34,230 bases of DNA from Nemertoderma westbladi (Eukaryota; Animalia; Xenacoelomorpha), in NCBI GenBank assembly GCA_032718475.1, contig JAUCBJ010001976.1, forward strand, positions 1 through 34,230. The letters run 5' to 3'. Shown here piece after piece: positions 22,417 through 34,230 of this stretch. Below the pieces are notes generated by a model. The model saw only the letters and a program-made list of their open reading frames with translations. It did no database searches and had not been told where the DNA came from. The position numbers and the translations under genes are program-made. The first letter of the stretch is position 1; each line of letters opens with the position of its first letter.

Positions 22417-25400
22417 TTAAACGATGGGGCCCGTCGCACAATGCACATTTGGGTTTGATGTTACTTACTTTACCTTGGGTAGTGTTGTGCACACTTGTTC
22501 TTTCCTCGGGCTTTCTTCCATGAATTCTCTTAGGAGACGTAGGAGGAGTTTTTGTTACCTGTTCTCTCCTGTCACTGGTTCGAGACTTAAAGTTACTTAC
22601 ATCTTTAGGTGCTTTGCTGACATAGTAAGATCTTTTGGTGTCTTTCCCGCTGTTCTCCTCTTGAGAGGTTTGGCTTTCGCCGTCATCTGTATAACACACT
22701 GGTGTTACCTTTCTCCTAGAAATGGGTTTTTCAATTACCTTATTTTCCGGTGTCTTCTCTCGGCACTGCTTTAGGAGCTGTAATCTTACCTCTCCATTTA
22801 AGAATGACATGAGATCAGCCATGGTAGGGTCTCTTTGTTGCTGGTCCATCATATAGAGAACTCTCTTATCCCAACGCGTACCTACTCCACCCTTCGGTAA
22901 AGTAGATGCTACGGCTCCAACAACCATAGAACTCTGATATTCATGAGACTTACCTAGCCAATCTAATTGTCTCCAGATCTCCTGAATCTCATTGGAAAAC
23001 TCTATAATCCCGCTGCTAAGGAACTTTCGGGGTGCTACTAATTTCGCATACAAATACCTAGCTATGTTTGTCCTATTACCATACCTGATGTTTAGTGTAT
23101 CCCAAACTTGTCGCAATCCATCTGGATGTCCAATAAACTTTAACGCCATTAACTTGGGGGGTCCTTCCAAGCACTCGATGAGGAATCTAAGTTTCTCTCC
23201 GTTAGATAGTACAGAGTTCTGTATGTTATCTTTGTAATATTCATTAAAAGGTAACCATTTCATCTCATCTCCATTGAACTTGACGATCTCTCCCACCTTT
23301 ACCGCTTGTCGCGCTTCGGTTCTAGCCATTTGACGAGTAAAACTTTCTTGGGCCATCGTATTATTTAATATCGAGTTATCGGTATATAAATTTCTCGGAT
23401 TATGATCAGGTCTATATGGAATATCATTATCAACAGGTTTATAATTATCCTTAATAGGGTTTACTATAGGAGTTTCTACTTCACTAGCAGTATAGATGCG
23501 TGTAGGCTCCACACCTTGCGCATGAAATACTTCAGACCTAACAGGTTGACACATTGTTACAGGGGGTGGTGGTATACCCTTTTGTATATTTACTAACTTA
23601 TTGCGTTCTAACGCAATACTCTGCTGCACTTCTTGCAATTCTAACCTACCTTCTCTTACTGTTCCCTTTAACTGCTGAACAGTCCCCTCCAACTCTCGGA
23701 CCTGTTGGGAGGAACGTACCCGATGTTCCTCCATCTGCCCGAGCAGGAGATCCATCCCCCGCCGTCGCTCATCCACCCACTCTACCGCCGAAGCGGGAGC
23801 CGCCAACATAGTAGCGGGTAGACGAGGGACGATGGGCGATAAATCGTTAATGTCTCGCTCGGCATCCAGGACCGGAATTGACTCAGGAACTGTCCTACTG
23901 GGCACAGGTAGTTTAGTACTATGCAAAGGGAATTTAGAGTTAGGTTCTGGAAGTACAGGGGTCTCCATCACAGAGGGGGTGGCTTCGAGAACAGGCCTAA
24001 TTATTTCAGGCTCATCTACTATATTAGGGAGTCTTTCTACTCTAATAATTTGGTCTGTGTGTTCTGTACTACTTAAGTCTACACTAGCTAGTTGCCTTCT
24101 CACAGCTGGGGGCAAATTAGGCAATTTCTGACGGTGGGGCGTTCTTCTACGTCTGCTGGAACGAGATCTATTTCCTCCGCCTTCAGGATCTGTTGTATCG
24201 CCTTCATCAGATGATGTAAATCCCTGTCTCCTGGGAGTAGATCGACTTATCATCTGCATCTGACTAGCTGTTCTCTGTTTATTTAAGTAGTCTTGCTTCT
24301 CTTGAAGATTTTCCAACTCTAGTTGGGTTGTCTCTTCAGATGCCTTCCGTTCTGCTTCTACCACTGCCTCTGCCGCTTTTCTTTCTGCTTCTGCCGCTGT
24401 CGCTTTTCTTTCTGCCTCTGCCGCTTTTCTTTCCGCTTCTGCCGCTGCCGCTTTTCTTTCTGCCTCTGCCACTGCCGCTTTTCTTTCTGCCTCTGCCGCT
24501 TTTCTTTCCGCTTCTGCCACTGCCGCTTTTCTTTCTGCCTCTGCCACTGCAGCTTTTCCTTCAGCTTCTGCCTCTTTTCTTTCCGCTTCTACCATTGCCG
24601 CTGCCGCTGCCGCTTTCCTTGCAACTTCTGCCACTGCCGCTGTTGCTGCCTTTCGGTCTTTGATCTGTTTTTTCTTTAATTGTTCTTCCTGTTTCCTAGC
24701 GATGAGGATTTTTTCATAAAGTTTAGCTTGCTCTGCGGGTAACATTTCCGCATCTAATGAGTCTAATACAAATTTGGCTCCCTCACTATTAGGGTGAAGT
24801 CCAGCTAGCCGTCTCCTTAACTCTTTGTCACCTATAAATCATTGATAGTCCGACAGATAGATGTCAATAGCGTCCTTCTTCTGAGGTTTCTCTGATGTAA
24901 GTCGCTTTCCACCTGAGAAAAGGTAGCGTCTGTTGATTCTCTGTGGATCGCGCGCTCAGTTAGCTGAATTTTCCATTGTGTCGTTCCTTGGACTTTAAGA
25001 CTCACCCGTTGGAACCAAGTCTTTACGGCAACTTGCAACGACGTGTCTTGGGTTCTCTTTGATGCTTCCTCAAAGGCTGATAGGAGGAGTCTGATTCTTA
25101 GGATTCTTACTCGAACTTGATAAAGCAGCTCTCCCTGCTCTTGAGGTCCTTGGTGTTGTTGGAATAGGGGTTCTTCTAATCGCTCTAAAGAGCTGAAGAA
25201 TCCCTGTACATATCCTGCTGCCGACCTCTTCCACACAGCTGGATCTCTAGTGTCCCTTATTACTCCCATCCTGTATAAGTCCTCCCAGGCAGCTTCCGAT
25301 AAGTTAAACGGGAGTCTGGGTCCGGGGAAGTTCCATGGCGTCTCGACAATAGACTTCAGTTCCTCCATTGTATATCCCGCATAACTGTCCTTGGTCGATT

Positions 25401-25827
25401 GCTTACTTCTCGCCCAATCGATTTGATGTTCCTCCACCGCAATCAATACCCTAGTGAGTACGGCTTCAGGAAGAATGAGAAGTGGATCCGAATAAACCGC
25501 TTCTGCCATCTTTGCTCCGCGCTCGGGTGTCAACTCTACAGTATCTGAACTATTGGAGCTATCGGGCCGCTGAGAAATAAGTTCTCGGTTCGGGTGTTGC
25601 TGCTGTTTAACAGCTGCCTCTTGGTCCCGCTTGACTTGAGCCCGAGTGCCTATAATAGACCTACGGTGCTTGACTAGCCTAGGGTCTGATACTACTACTG
25701 AAGGGATGACCTTTCTTACAGTAGGAGGGGACTTGGACTTCGGTCTCAGATGTTCGGCACTCCTGTCGGAGTCGCAGACTGTTCTTTCTAGGAGACTATC
25801 TGACAGAGTTTGCTTTGTGTCAGCCAT
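22397..25827 (-). pseudogene. gag: Gag of element 2 (two ORFs joined by a 1-nt frameshift near 24835)
   Basis: BEL Gag core KFNGDEMKWLPF...EKLRFLIECLEG...RYGN and first knuckle CALCDGPHRLSVC. The frame of the 782-aa ORF stays open upstream to ~24838, overlapping the end of the 331-aa ORF. Confidence 0.85.
24340..24650 (-). repeat. Coding minisatellite (21-27 bp units) encoding AEAERKA(A/V) repeats
   Basis: About nine EAERK units visible in both DNA and translation. Confidence 0.9.
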
Positions 25828-25870
25828 GTTTGATTGTACAGTTGAATGCCTACTACTATAAACGAGTATT

Positions 25871-26093
25871 ATTATAGACTAGGATTTGTCACAGAATACC
25901 GGTATATAATTTCAGCATCAATTTATATAAATATATATAATAAGCCTACCGTAAATACCGGTATACAGCATACACTTATAGTTATAGTATATATAAGTAT
26001 GATTATAGACTAGGATTAATTACAGAATACTGGTATATAATCTCAGCCAAATTTATAGAAATAAATATAATAAGCCTACTATAAATACCGGTA
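25871..26093. repeat. Diverged direct duplication (~92 bp, 131-bp period) in the leader of element 2
   Basis: ATTATAGACTAGGATT...TAAATACCGGTA at 25871-25963 and 26002-26093. Confidence 0.8.
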
Positions 26094-27975
26094 ATGTCAA
26101 TTATTTTAGAATAACTGAATTTCTGAATTTTAGGGTTACTTTCCTTTACTTTATTACTGTTATTAAGCAGTAGTCCAACTGATATTAAGACCTAATTGAT
26201 GTATAACAGGCCTACTATTTTATAAATCGGTTTGAGTTGATTTATAATATATTATGTACCCCTACAAGGGTTTTTGTCATTGTTTGAAATAAATGTTATT
26301 ATTTCTGGTAAGGAGTCACTACACAGAAGCTGAACACTCTCAGTGAAGTGCTACTTGTTAGACACTAAAACAAATAATTCTACTTTACTAAGTTACTTAT
26401 TACTATAAATTACATACAATTACTGTGTGAGATTACAATCTCTAAATAAACACCAAAAATTACACATACAAATTTCAGGGTAATTTTACAGGAAATCTAC
26501 AAACCAGCCTAACAAGGAGTTAGAATTTCTGGTTCTTACAAACGGACAGGAAACTACGGTATTTGAAAATAATTAAGCAGTAGTAAATAAATTGCATTGT
26601 CCAGATAAGCAAATACCACCATCTGACGACTTATAGTCTTTAGCTCTACAGCTCTATAAGTACTACGTTATGTACCCGGAGTGTCCTTACCTAGAAGTTA
26701 ATTACCGCAGCCAACCAGAGCTAACGTGCCTATTAACCACTTTACAACACAAATATACCGCCTACACACCAATTACCTTCGGAAAGTACTGTACACTAAA
26801 CCCTAAATTAGGTACAAGTACTTATACAACAAATAACCAGCAGTTGAATATACTTGTACAGCTAAAAGAACCACGGTATCTGCTGGAGTGACTAGAGCAT
26901 AAAATCACCAGTCTTTACCTACGCCAAGCAGCCCTGATGTAGTACCGGGGTTAATTTAACTATAACGGTATGTATAACAAGCATAATTACTGTAGGAATA
27001 AACTTGGGGAGTTATGTAGGTTGCGAATACTCGCATATACTCTGAATAATAAATATTACGCTACCCGTGCAGACTACACAAACAAAATACAGACCAAACG
27101 CTGGCAGACTACTATCAAGCCTAAATAAACTACAGTATATGCAGACTCCGAAATGGTTAGTTAGTATGCGTTCTAACCGAGTAGTACGACTTATTCTTTC
27201 GGGGGGGATTTACCTTACAGCACTGGATGCCCCCACCTTCCTAACTAGTACTTTATCGGACATACACTCTACATACACTGCAATCTCTTCAGACTTAACA
27301 ACAGTCAGACAACAATCCAGCCTACAGATTATCTGTACAATTTGAGCGGGCTTACACGCCTTCTGCTCAATATTACACTTACAGATAAATAAAACTGACA
27401 GAAATAAGTAAAATCCCAATAAAAAACCAGGGCGGCCATCCCTGATTAAATATCAATATAATTATCAAAATCGAATAATACTGTTGTACCTGTAAGTACC
27501 GGTTCGGGTAGTTGGGCAGTTAGGCCTACAGCTTACCATTCGACCGGTACCTTCGACTTTATTACCTACGGTGCAATAAAGAAACTAAAAATCTATTATT
27601 GTTCGCGCTTTCAGACCTTTAGCAGTTTAACCTGCCAATTTTAGGTGTCCTCTTGTTTATAAATCGACTTTAGCCTATAACAATTATTTAGTGCACATGA
27701 AGTAACATTAGCCGAAGCCAGTCTATGCGCGATCATTCACCCACAGTTAAGGGAGACTGGATTCGGGTGCTTTGAAATTTATTGCGTTGCAGACCTACTG
27801 TATTATTCGATTGATCGTTACTATATAATCTCTGACAATATTATTCACTTTCGGGGAAATATTAACAGTTCCTTTAGGACGTGTCGCTTTAAGTATATAA
27901 ACAGAGTTATGACTTATACTAAACACAACTAGATGGCTACTGATTTTCGTAAATAGCGCATTCTTTAGGAGATGC

Positions 27976-28058
27976 TTTATTATCTGTCACACTACTGCAC
28001 ACGACTTCACACTGTTTCACACTGATCTGCCGACCGTCACTGAATTTGATCATATATA
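27976..28058 (-). promoter_or_regulatory. Candidate LTR core of element 2: TATA, Inr and polyA signal
   Basis: Minus strand TATATAT (~28058), TCAGT (28025-28021), AATAAA (27981-27976), in LTR order and pointing toward gag. Confidence 0.45.
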
Positions 28059-28608
28059 AGGAGGATAGCAACTGACACATGTAGGGATTATGAAATAGCA
28101 TTTAATTCACACAAAAACCACTATAATGTAAGTCGCAATTGCTACAGGTAACCGGTCCCTCTTACCTTCAGTAATCAAGAAGATTGGGGGTTTTATGATT
28201 ATTTATCGGTATTCTCCAAATATAACAACATATCCATCAACATATAACAATTATTAACAGACAGTAAACAGAAGTAAAATAGTGCGGTGAATAGGATTGA
28301 GTGAGTGCAGTTTGACCAGTTTGTTCAGATAATAGATTTACGTTCTTATAATCAAAGCCGTCTAATGTTGGCCAAAGTCTGAAACTTCTACAGAAGCACA
28401 GAAGAATTTCTAAGCCGATGTTCCGAGGCTTAGAAAAGGTAAACAAAAACCGTAATGCATTGCGCGGTTTTCCGTAGGCCTCTGTGCAAGATAAAATGAA
28501 AATCGCTCTGATTGGCTGAGCGAGCTGAACAAAGAGATGTTCCACGTTTACAGTAAATGAGCTGACAGATTTCGTCATCTGAGTTCCAGTCTTTTAGAGT
28601 ATTAGGCG

Positions 28609-28794
28609 CATTGCGGCAGAAAATGGCTTATTATGTCCGCCAAAGCACCTACATGGTACATTGCGGAGAAAATGGCTTGTTATGTCCGCTAAAACACTTA
28701 CACGGTACATTGCGGAGAAAATGGCTTGTTATGTCCACTAAAACACCTACACGGTATATTGCGGAGAAAAATGACTTGTTATATCCGCAAAAGC
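28609..28794. repeat. Minisatellite, ~3.7 x 49 bp
   Basis: CATTGCGGAGAAAATGGCTTGTTATGTCCGC-type unit at 28609, 28659, 28708, 28757, with an internal GCGGA...TCCGC inverted repeat. Confidence 0.9.
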
Positions 28795-28799
28795 TTTTA

Positions 28800-29210
28800 C
28801 ACAAGAATCTTCCCCCATTAGTTCAAATAGGCGCCAAAACGATTAAACTCAAACATACAATAAAATTTCTAGGTATACATATAGACACTAAACTATCATG
28901 GAAGACACTCACTGCTTCTTTCTTTCATCAAAATTCAAAAATCTCGTTTTCAATTTATAAAAGCACGAAAGTTCCATCTTTTCTCAAAACTGGTATGATT
29001 TATTACTCAAATTATAATTCTTATTTTCATTTTTCTATTTCTTTCACGAAAATATTATCATGAAGCTCCCCCACCCCCCCCCCCCCCATATTGAGCCATA
29101 CTAGCACTTTTAGAGCTAAGGCTCAAACATTATAATGTATATCGTGTCATGTCTATACATGTCTATAATTATGAATTTAATAAACAGGAATTTGAATTGA
29201 ATTGAACGTT
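28800..29210 (+). pseudogene. CR1/L2-group LINE 3' fragment
   Basis: IKFLGIHIDTKLSWK (late RT motif); ends with AATAAA plus a (TTGAA)n tail at ~29179-29206. Confidence 0.65.
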
Positions 29211-29289
29211 GAAAATTTATGTCTCATATTGGCGGTGAAAATGTCAGATTTATTGCATTCATTGAGATTTTCATAAAATGCTCTAATGG

Positions 29290-31665
29290 TCTGACAGTAG
29301 TAATATAATTAAGGATATCAGTAATCTCATCAACATTAAAACCAGGTATATCAATATTGCTACAACGACAATTAATTAATTCCCTACACAATTCTAATTT
29401 CCATCTATCAGCTACATCAAAAGGAACGTAGTCCAACTTATTAACGTGCGTAACATTGATCGAGTTAATGAGAGGTATTTTACACAGAGTTGCGATAGAA
29501 CGTAAATTTAAACCCCTTCTTAATAAGTTCCAGAAATAGCTTGCACCATTCAACCATATCGAAGGCTTTCGATAGATCGAGAAGACATCCAAATACAGGA
29601 GTTGCGTTTCTAGAATAGAAACCGAGAACCTCTGTAGCCGCCCAGGTACATTGGGACGTACAGGAACCACTTTGGAACCCGAATTGCAACTCATCCAAAT
29701 GTAAGCACTCAGCCTGCGAGATCAGCATGACCCACTCAAACAACTTAATCAGGAGGGAGGATAAGGCAATAGCCCGGTAATTACTGGAAAGGGAATCGTC
29801 ACCTAATTTATCTTTTATCAAAGGAATAATGACACACGTCAGTAAGAACTGTGGAACAAAGCCGTGAATGAGAAAACTGTTGAACAAATCACTTAAATGT
29901 GAACATAATTCTGGAGAACCATTGATCAGGCAATCAGAATCAAAATCAAAAGTTACGTCTGTTTTAGAGCTTTTTAGCCTATGTAGACCTTCACTGACCA
30001 AATCCGGAGTGATATGCGGGAAATCAGCTGAATCATATCCTTCGAGTTTATCGGTATTCTGCGATCTAACGAACTCTAAATCGGAATCATACGGTTGATT
30101 ATATAGATCCGAATATATACTGGCGAATCGGTCAGCTATCGATTGTGGGTCTGTACAACCATCAATGGTCGAAGTCACAGTGTTCGGTGTGGATTTAAGT
30201 TTCTTTATTTCTTTCAATATATCATTATTATTCCTTAAACATGCCTGTAGGAGTTTATCTCGATGCACATTATCTACTGAACGTTTGAGCCGTCGGACGG
30301 CATTCTTATACTGCGCGAGAGACAGCCGTCGCATGTGAAAAAGCTGACTATTTTGTGAAGCATTTGGACACCCCGCCGAGACCCACAAGGAATGCCATAG
30401 GATAGCTTCATCTCTAAATGGTTTAACTCGCTCCGACCAATCGGGAAGTTTAGGGCGATTATTAGTTGCACGGGGCTCATCATTATAATTATTATTTAAA
30501 CTACTACAGCTGATATCAATGCATTCAAGAATATCTAAAACATATTTTTCAATAAACAGTCTATGAGTAAGGTTCGCACAAAAAATATTACCACATGTTA
30601 TACAACCTGACTCAACCTCAATGTCATCCAATTTATTATGTAGATTGTTTACAAAGTCATGTTGCTGTTCAATAGTAGCTCGCTTAAATTTAATTTTACC
30701 ATTACCTGTAGCATCACCTGAGCTATAATTAACACGTGGTAAATCTACACCACTAACTTTCCACTTCAAAAATATTGGGTCATGAAAAGATAAATTAGCA
30801 CCAGAATGTACTACACCAGAATCAGCTAACATTTTCTACCAATTTACTCGAACTGAAAAAGTGATCTAAAATGGAATGAAAAGATGCCTGTTCTCTGTAG
30901 CACGTGTAAGTATAATCAATAGGATTAAAATCCCATAGACGTTCTAATTTAAATTCCTGTAAAAATTGACTAATTACACGAACATGCATAGATACACGCG
31001 AAAAATCAGCATTGAAATCCCCTGCAAGTATAACATTACAAAGCTGCTCCGATAAAATAGTATGTTTGATATCATTGGTAAGAGTAAGTAAATCGTCTGA
31101 TACATTAATATTGCCCGAGTATCTACTGGACAATAACAATTAATTATCACAAAAGGGTTAACATTGGGCAATTCAACTCGTACAGCTTGCAATCGGGGAT
31201 TCGTAACGTTAATTCTAGATATATATTTAGACAAAGATGGCCTATAAATAAAGCAGAGTCCGCCGCTAGGCCTACCTGCAGATACTTCATTTACTGTGCT
31301 AGACTGCGCAGGTTGTATTAAACATTTAAATGCAGGGAAAGCTGCTGTAAGCTTATAAGAATTATCACGCAATAAAAAGTGCTCTTGAATACAGACAATA
31401 TCGCTTCCAGCTAATAATACATTGATAAAGTCAAGTTTATTGGGTGACAAACCAGTACTGTTATATGACGTCATACAAAATGCACCATTGTGTAGTAAAT
31501 GTGAAGTATCCATTGTATAAAATATTTAAAAGAAAAAATATATACCAAACTTTACTAGTTACTGGAATTCGTGCTAGGAACCTGTGTATTATCTCGACCC
31601 CTGGGACCAACAATAGGAACCCGAGTATTATCTGAACCTCCAGAACCTGCATTCTCTGCATATGG
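29290..31665 (-). mobile_element. APE-type non-LTR retrotransposon (RTEX-like), internally deleted
   Basis: APE motifs SYNSTG, CIQEHFL, GRPSGGL, GDFNADF, ILDHFF, SFHDPI; LWHSLWVSAGCP; RT motifs PLIKDKLGD, NYRAIAL, LQFGFQ, LDLSKAFD; then a direct jump to the C-terminal WKLELCRELI...FNVDEITDILNYI. The clade call is from memory of motifs. Confidence 0.8.
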
Positions 31666-31899
31666 ATATCTCTATATATAATTTCTATATTATAATAAAT
31701 ACTTTTACAAAACTTAAACTTTATTATCAGAATATTGATTCCCCAGCTGCTTCTTATATGTCGGATCTGGTCTGGTCATATCGCTCCAATTCTAGCTCGA
31801 TGATCCTTGTCTTGCATCAATAATTTTACAGGTTCACAGGTTCATTAAATATGCTACATTACCAGTATACTGATAATAGATATATAAACAAACAATAAA

Positions 31900-33110
31900 C
31901 ATTTTCAATGTAAATACATCTGGGATTGGTGAGAAATCAATGCCGTTTTTAATGTAGATAGCTGTGCCACCACGTTTTAGATTGCCATATTTTCTGTTGT
32001 CTACTATGGGTTTCTGGTATCCGTCAATGAAAGTGCCCCAAGGTCTATATCGTCGGCGAGAAAAGTTTCGGAGAAAGTTAGAACATCAAATTGCCTGTTC
32101 AGTAGACTCAGGTAGTGTTGGATGGCAGTGGAGTTGGAAGGGAAGCTCCTACAGTTTAAGTTGCAGTTGGAAGGGAAGCTCCTACAGTTTAAGTTGCAGT
32201 TGGAAGGGAAGCTCCTACAGTTTAAGTTGCAGTTGGAAGGGAAGCTCCTACAGTTTAAGTTGCAGTTGGAAGGGAAGCTCCTACAGTTTAAGTTGCAGTT
32301 GGAAGGGAAGCTCCTACAGTTTAAGTTGCAGTTGGAAGGGAAGCTCCTACAGTTTAAGTTGCAGTTGGAAGGGAAGCTCCTACAGTTTAAGTTGCAGTTG
32401 GAAGGGAAGCTCCTACAGTTAAGTTGCAGTTGGAAGGGAAGGTCCTACAGTTTAAGTTGCAGTTGGAAGGGAAGCTCCTACAGTTTAAGTTGCAGTTGGA
32501 AGGGAAGCTCCTACAGTTTAAGTTGCAGTTGGAAGGGAAGCTCCTACAGTTTAAGTTGCAGTTGGAAGGGAAGCTCCTACAGTTTAAGTTGCAGTTGCAA
32601 GGGAAGCTCCTACAGTTTAAGTTGCAGTTGGAAGGGAAGCTCCTACAGTTTAAGTTGCAGTTGGAAGGGAAGCTCCTACAGTTTAAGTTGCAGTTGGAAG
32701 GGAAGCTCCTACAGTTTAAGTTGCAGTTGGAAGGGAAGCTCCTACAGTTTAAGTTGCAGTTGGAAGGGAAGCTCCTACAGTTTAAGTTGCAGTTGGAAGG
32801 GAAGCTCCTACAGTTTAAGTTGCAGTTGGAAGGGAAGCTCCTACAGTTTAAGTTGCAGTTGGAAGGGAAGCTCCTACAGTTTAAGTTGCAGTTGGAAGGG
32901 AAGCTCCTACAGTTTAAGTTGCAGTTGGAAGGGAAGCTCCTACAGTTTAAGTGAAATACCGAAAGTGAGTGCGGTGTGTCAGAGAGTAAGTCGTTAAAAT
33001 CTTGTTTCGGAAAAGTATTCAGAGTCAAGGTTGAACTAGTCGATGTTGTTATCTGGGTCGAGGTCTCCAAGGGGGTTGTTAACGTCCAAATAATTTACTG
33101 GTAAGTCAGG
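31900..33110 (-). pseudogene. CR1/L2-group LINE ORF2 N-terminus (AP endonuclease), interrupted by a tandem array
   Basis: DLDPDNN...SEYF...FN...SVFHLNCRSFPSN[array]STAIQHYLSLLNRQFDVLTFSETFL...IDGY...KRGGTAIYIKNGI. Confidence 0.85.
32132..32952. repeat. Near-perfect tandem array, ~25 x 33 bp (GTTGGAAGGGAAGCTCCTACAGTTTAAGTTGCA)
   Basis: 821 bp; only three variants seen (1-nt deletion ~32420, substitutions ~32442 and ~32598). Confidence 0.97.
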
Positions 33111-33388
33111 TTCATTTGTGTAAGTCAGTTCGAATATGTGTGTATCTGTTGTTGGGATAAGTGTGAAGGGGAAGGTGTCGAAGTAACAATAGGCACATAA
33201 AACTCCATAACAGCGTGGTGAGCTCGATAACGCCAGTGCCTGGATAGATTTAATACAGTTCCACAGGGTAGATGGTAAATATTATTGCATAAATTGCAAG
33301 TAAAATGTTTATCTCGTGGTAAAAAGCTGCAGGATTTAGGGATGAGCTAGAGTGAGGAATTATGGGTTGAAGGGGTGGATGATGAGGC

Positions 33389-33410
33389 GGGGGGGGGGGG
33401 GGGGGGGGGG
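33389..33410 (+). repeat. G22 homopolymer (poly-C on the LINE sense strand)
   Basis: Direct reading; lies upstream of the CR1-group ORF2. Confidence 0.9.
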
Positions 33411-34230
33411 ATGGGTTATGTAAATATAATACACTAGCTAGTTTTGTTGGCGGTTCACGGTTTTGAGATTTGGTGTGTGGAGATAAGGTACGGCGTCTGG
33501 TACCTCTGCTGCACCCGGTTATTGCTAATAGACATAGTGAATTAATGCACCTACAAATAGTAAAATTCACGTGCTTGGCGGGTTATAGTTATAGTTAGTG
33601 GCCGGCAAAAACATAATAGGTTATTTATGTAATTAAAGTTATGTTCAGATTGTTCCGACTCCTAGTCTACAGCATATATTTGGAAGCTATGCTAAATTAT
33701 TTAATCAAAATTCTTTAATGAAATTCTAAAATCATTTACATCATTATCCACCATAAAAAAAATATAATATGGCAAAACAGACAGGTAGGCTATAGGGCCA
33801 GTCACAGTCACCCATAATGTTGTACTGAAACAAATAAAAAATATATAATATAACTGTTTTGGACTTCCTAATTGCTTTTTTGTGGATCAGATTATTTCTT
33901 AAAATAATATAATACTGCGTCGCGCATTTATATTGAAAATAAAAAAATCAGGAAAAATATCATCATCATCATTTTGTGCTTGGTAGTTTATAGTTATAAT
34001 ACGGGTAGGCTATAGTCAGTTCCCCGTACTATATTACGGTGAAGAAACAATAAAAAAATAATATATACACTTTCAAATTTCCTATATATGTATATACAAT
34101 ACTTCCTAATCACAATATTATACTTTCAGATAATTAGTTTACATGGAAATATCGCGGACAATTAATATATGCACCTCATACAAGATACAATACTTCCTAT
34201 AATTCCAGTCTTCCTCTGCTTCCATGATCC

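Larger units (their letters stand above)
17577..28230 (-). mobile_element. BEL/Pao LTR retrotransposon, element 2 (decayed; boundaries approximate)
   Basis: Complete gag-PR-RT-RH-IN succession broken by at least 3 frameshifts and 2 in-frame stops, with a long AT-rich leader. No paired LTRs could be identified. Confidence 0.85.

Noticed and set aside
24323-24679. Cys/Phe-rich and Leu/Pro-rich plus-strand ORFs
   Set aside because: Antisense shadows of the AEAERKA coding repeat.
31964-33070. Repetitive ORFs (LEGKLLQFKLQ, SCSWKGSSYSL) as real proteins
   Set aside because: By-products of a stop-free 33-bp unit; only the minus frame matches the LINE endonuclease.
33784-34072. Diverged duplication GGTAGGCTATAG...GAAACAA(A)TAAAAA at ~33784 and ~34004
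   Set aside because: Short, AT-rich, low identity and near the window edge; no feature can be assigned.

Overview
Eukaryotic, most likely invertebrate, repeat-dense window made almost entirely of retrotransposons; no rRNA, tRNA or CRISPR. (1) 1-~8370 (+): 3' part of a young but slightly damaged BEL/Pao LTR retrotransposon (protease end, RT, RNase H, integrase). Between integrase and its PPT/3' LTR it carries 4.3 kb of cargo: an A-tract, an 11-copy GGTAC-GTA-GTACC hairpin/UAG-rich array, and an ~855-codon extra reading frame split by one in-frame TGA. This frame encodes a DEDDy (RNase D/WRN/MUT-7-like) 3'-5' exonuclease fold plus three CCHC zinc knuckles, in the position where env would normally sit, and is the most interesting signal. 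(2) Two possible host exons on the minus strand at 9.2-9.8 kb. (3) A 5'-truncated RTE LINE bracketed by 121-bp near-perfect direct repeats, next to CR1/L2-type fragments. (4) A 467-bp GATC-rich tandem repeat. (5) A second, unrelated and decayed BEL/Pao element on the minus strand (17.6-~28 kb) with a very long Gag. (6) An internally deleted RTEX-like LINE, and a CR1-group endonuclease whose first catalytic motif has been amplified into a ~25 x 33-bp satellite. All family calls come from motif recognition by eye, not database searches.
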